64,000 bases of DNA from contig NC_057718.1 in NCBI RefSeq assembly GCF_004010195.1, positions 38,618,023-38,682,022 of the forward strand, written 5' to 3'. The position numbers and the translations under genes are program-made. Position 1 is the stretch's first letter. Each line of letters opens with the position of its first letter. The notes under the pieces are model-generated. The model ran no database searches. It was not told where the DNA came from and saw nothing but the letters and a program-made list of their open reading frames with translations. This DNA comes from Chiloscyllium plagiosum. Taxonomy: Eukaryota. Shown piece by piece: positions 63,311 through 64,000 of this stretch.

Positions 63311-64000
63311 AGCATAATGTGACATCAAGATTGTGAACATTCTGGCTTAGTGCCAGGATGCTGTTAGGAACAGAGATGGGATTGGTAGCTCGGAATTGTA
63401 TTTTGGAACAGAAACCAAAATTAATGGCTTCAGACTTCTCAATATTTAATTATTTGATCAGTCAAACATCAGAAAGGTATAGAAAATCATCAAAATGCTA
63501 ACGAAATGCTGACTTTAATATCTTAAGGACTCGGTTACAGAAAGGGAAAAATTCTACTTCTTTTGTAAAGAAAGTACCTGGTTAGATGTCTAGCTGAAGT
63601 AGTGAACAGTTTTGATCGCATTTTTTAAAAGGATATAATATCATAAATCCATCATTTTATAGAGATGCAGGAAATTACTAACAAGGATAACTGGATTTCT
63701 ACAAATAATTGCAATGTGTGCTCCAGGTATTGCTGTCACTTCCACAGAGTAGTGACATCAAACACAGTTGCATAGTCATTACAACTGAAAAGTTCAGACC
63801 AAAATCTCTCTCGCAACACCGCAAATAAGCTGGGGAACTTAATTCTGTCTCTAATTCCACCCATATGTTATCAGGAATACATTTCTACATTCCAAAGACA
63901 GAGTGATGTTGCCTTTAATGCACTGTGTGACGATACCACCTGATGCTTTAAGTTATTATTTTAATCCTGTGGGGATTCTGGGCCTGAAGGACCACAGCCT

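Noticed and set aside
44281..64000. Next SYT14 exon (C2B start)
   Set aside because: No matching peptide was seen; it is probably beyond the window. The preceding exon was likewise not found in 1-16808.

Overview
Eukaryotic, repeat-dense vertebrate DNA, most likely from a cartilaginous fish (inferred from HE1/V-type SINEs, CR1 dominance and the Penelope families). The window lies inside a large + strand synaptotagmin-14 (SYT14) gene. Only two coding exons are visible (16809-17086 and 43831-44280), separated by a 26.7-kb intron; the flanking exons were not found in the window. The rest is mostly decayed, often nested transposable elements: many CR1 LINEs, one near-complete L1, a second CR1/L2-group LINE with a partner SINE, an RTE fragment, a Harbinger transposase remnant, a Tc1/mariner-type MITE and SINEs. 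The most notable signal is a set of Penelope-like retroelements (RT + GIY-YIG) and very short fold-back derivatives. Their terminal arms carry hammerhead-ribozyme motifs, occur as inverted pairs and are often flanked by 10-17 bp target-site duplications. These classes are known in general, and I found no evidence of a wholly new gene system. Most repeat boundaries are approximate, and family names come from recall rather than database searches.
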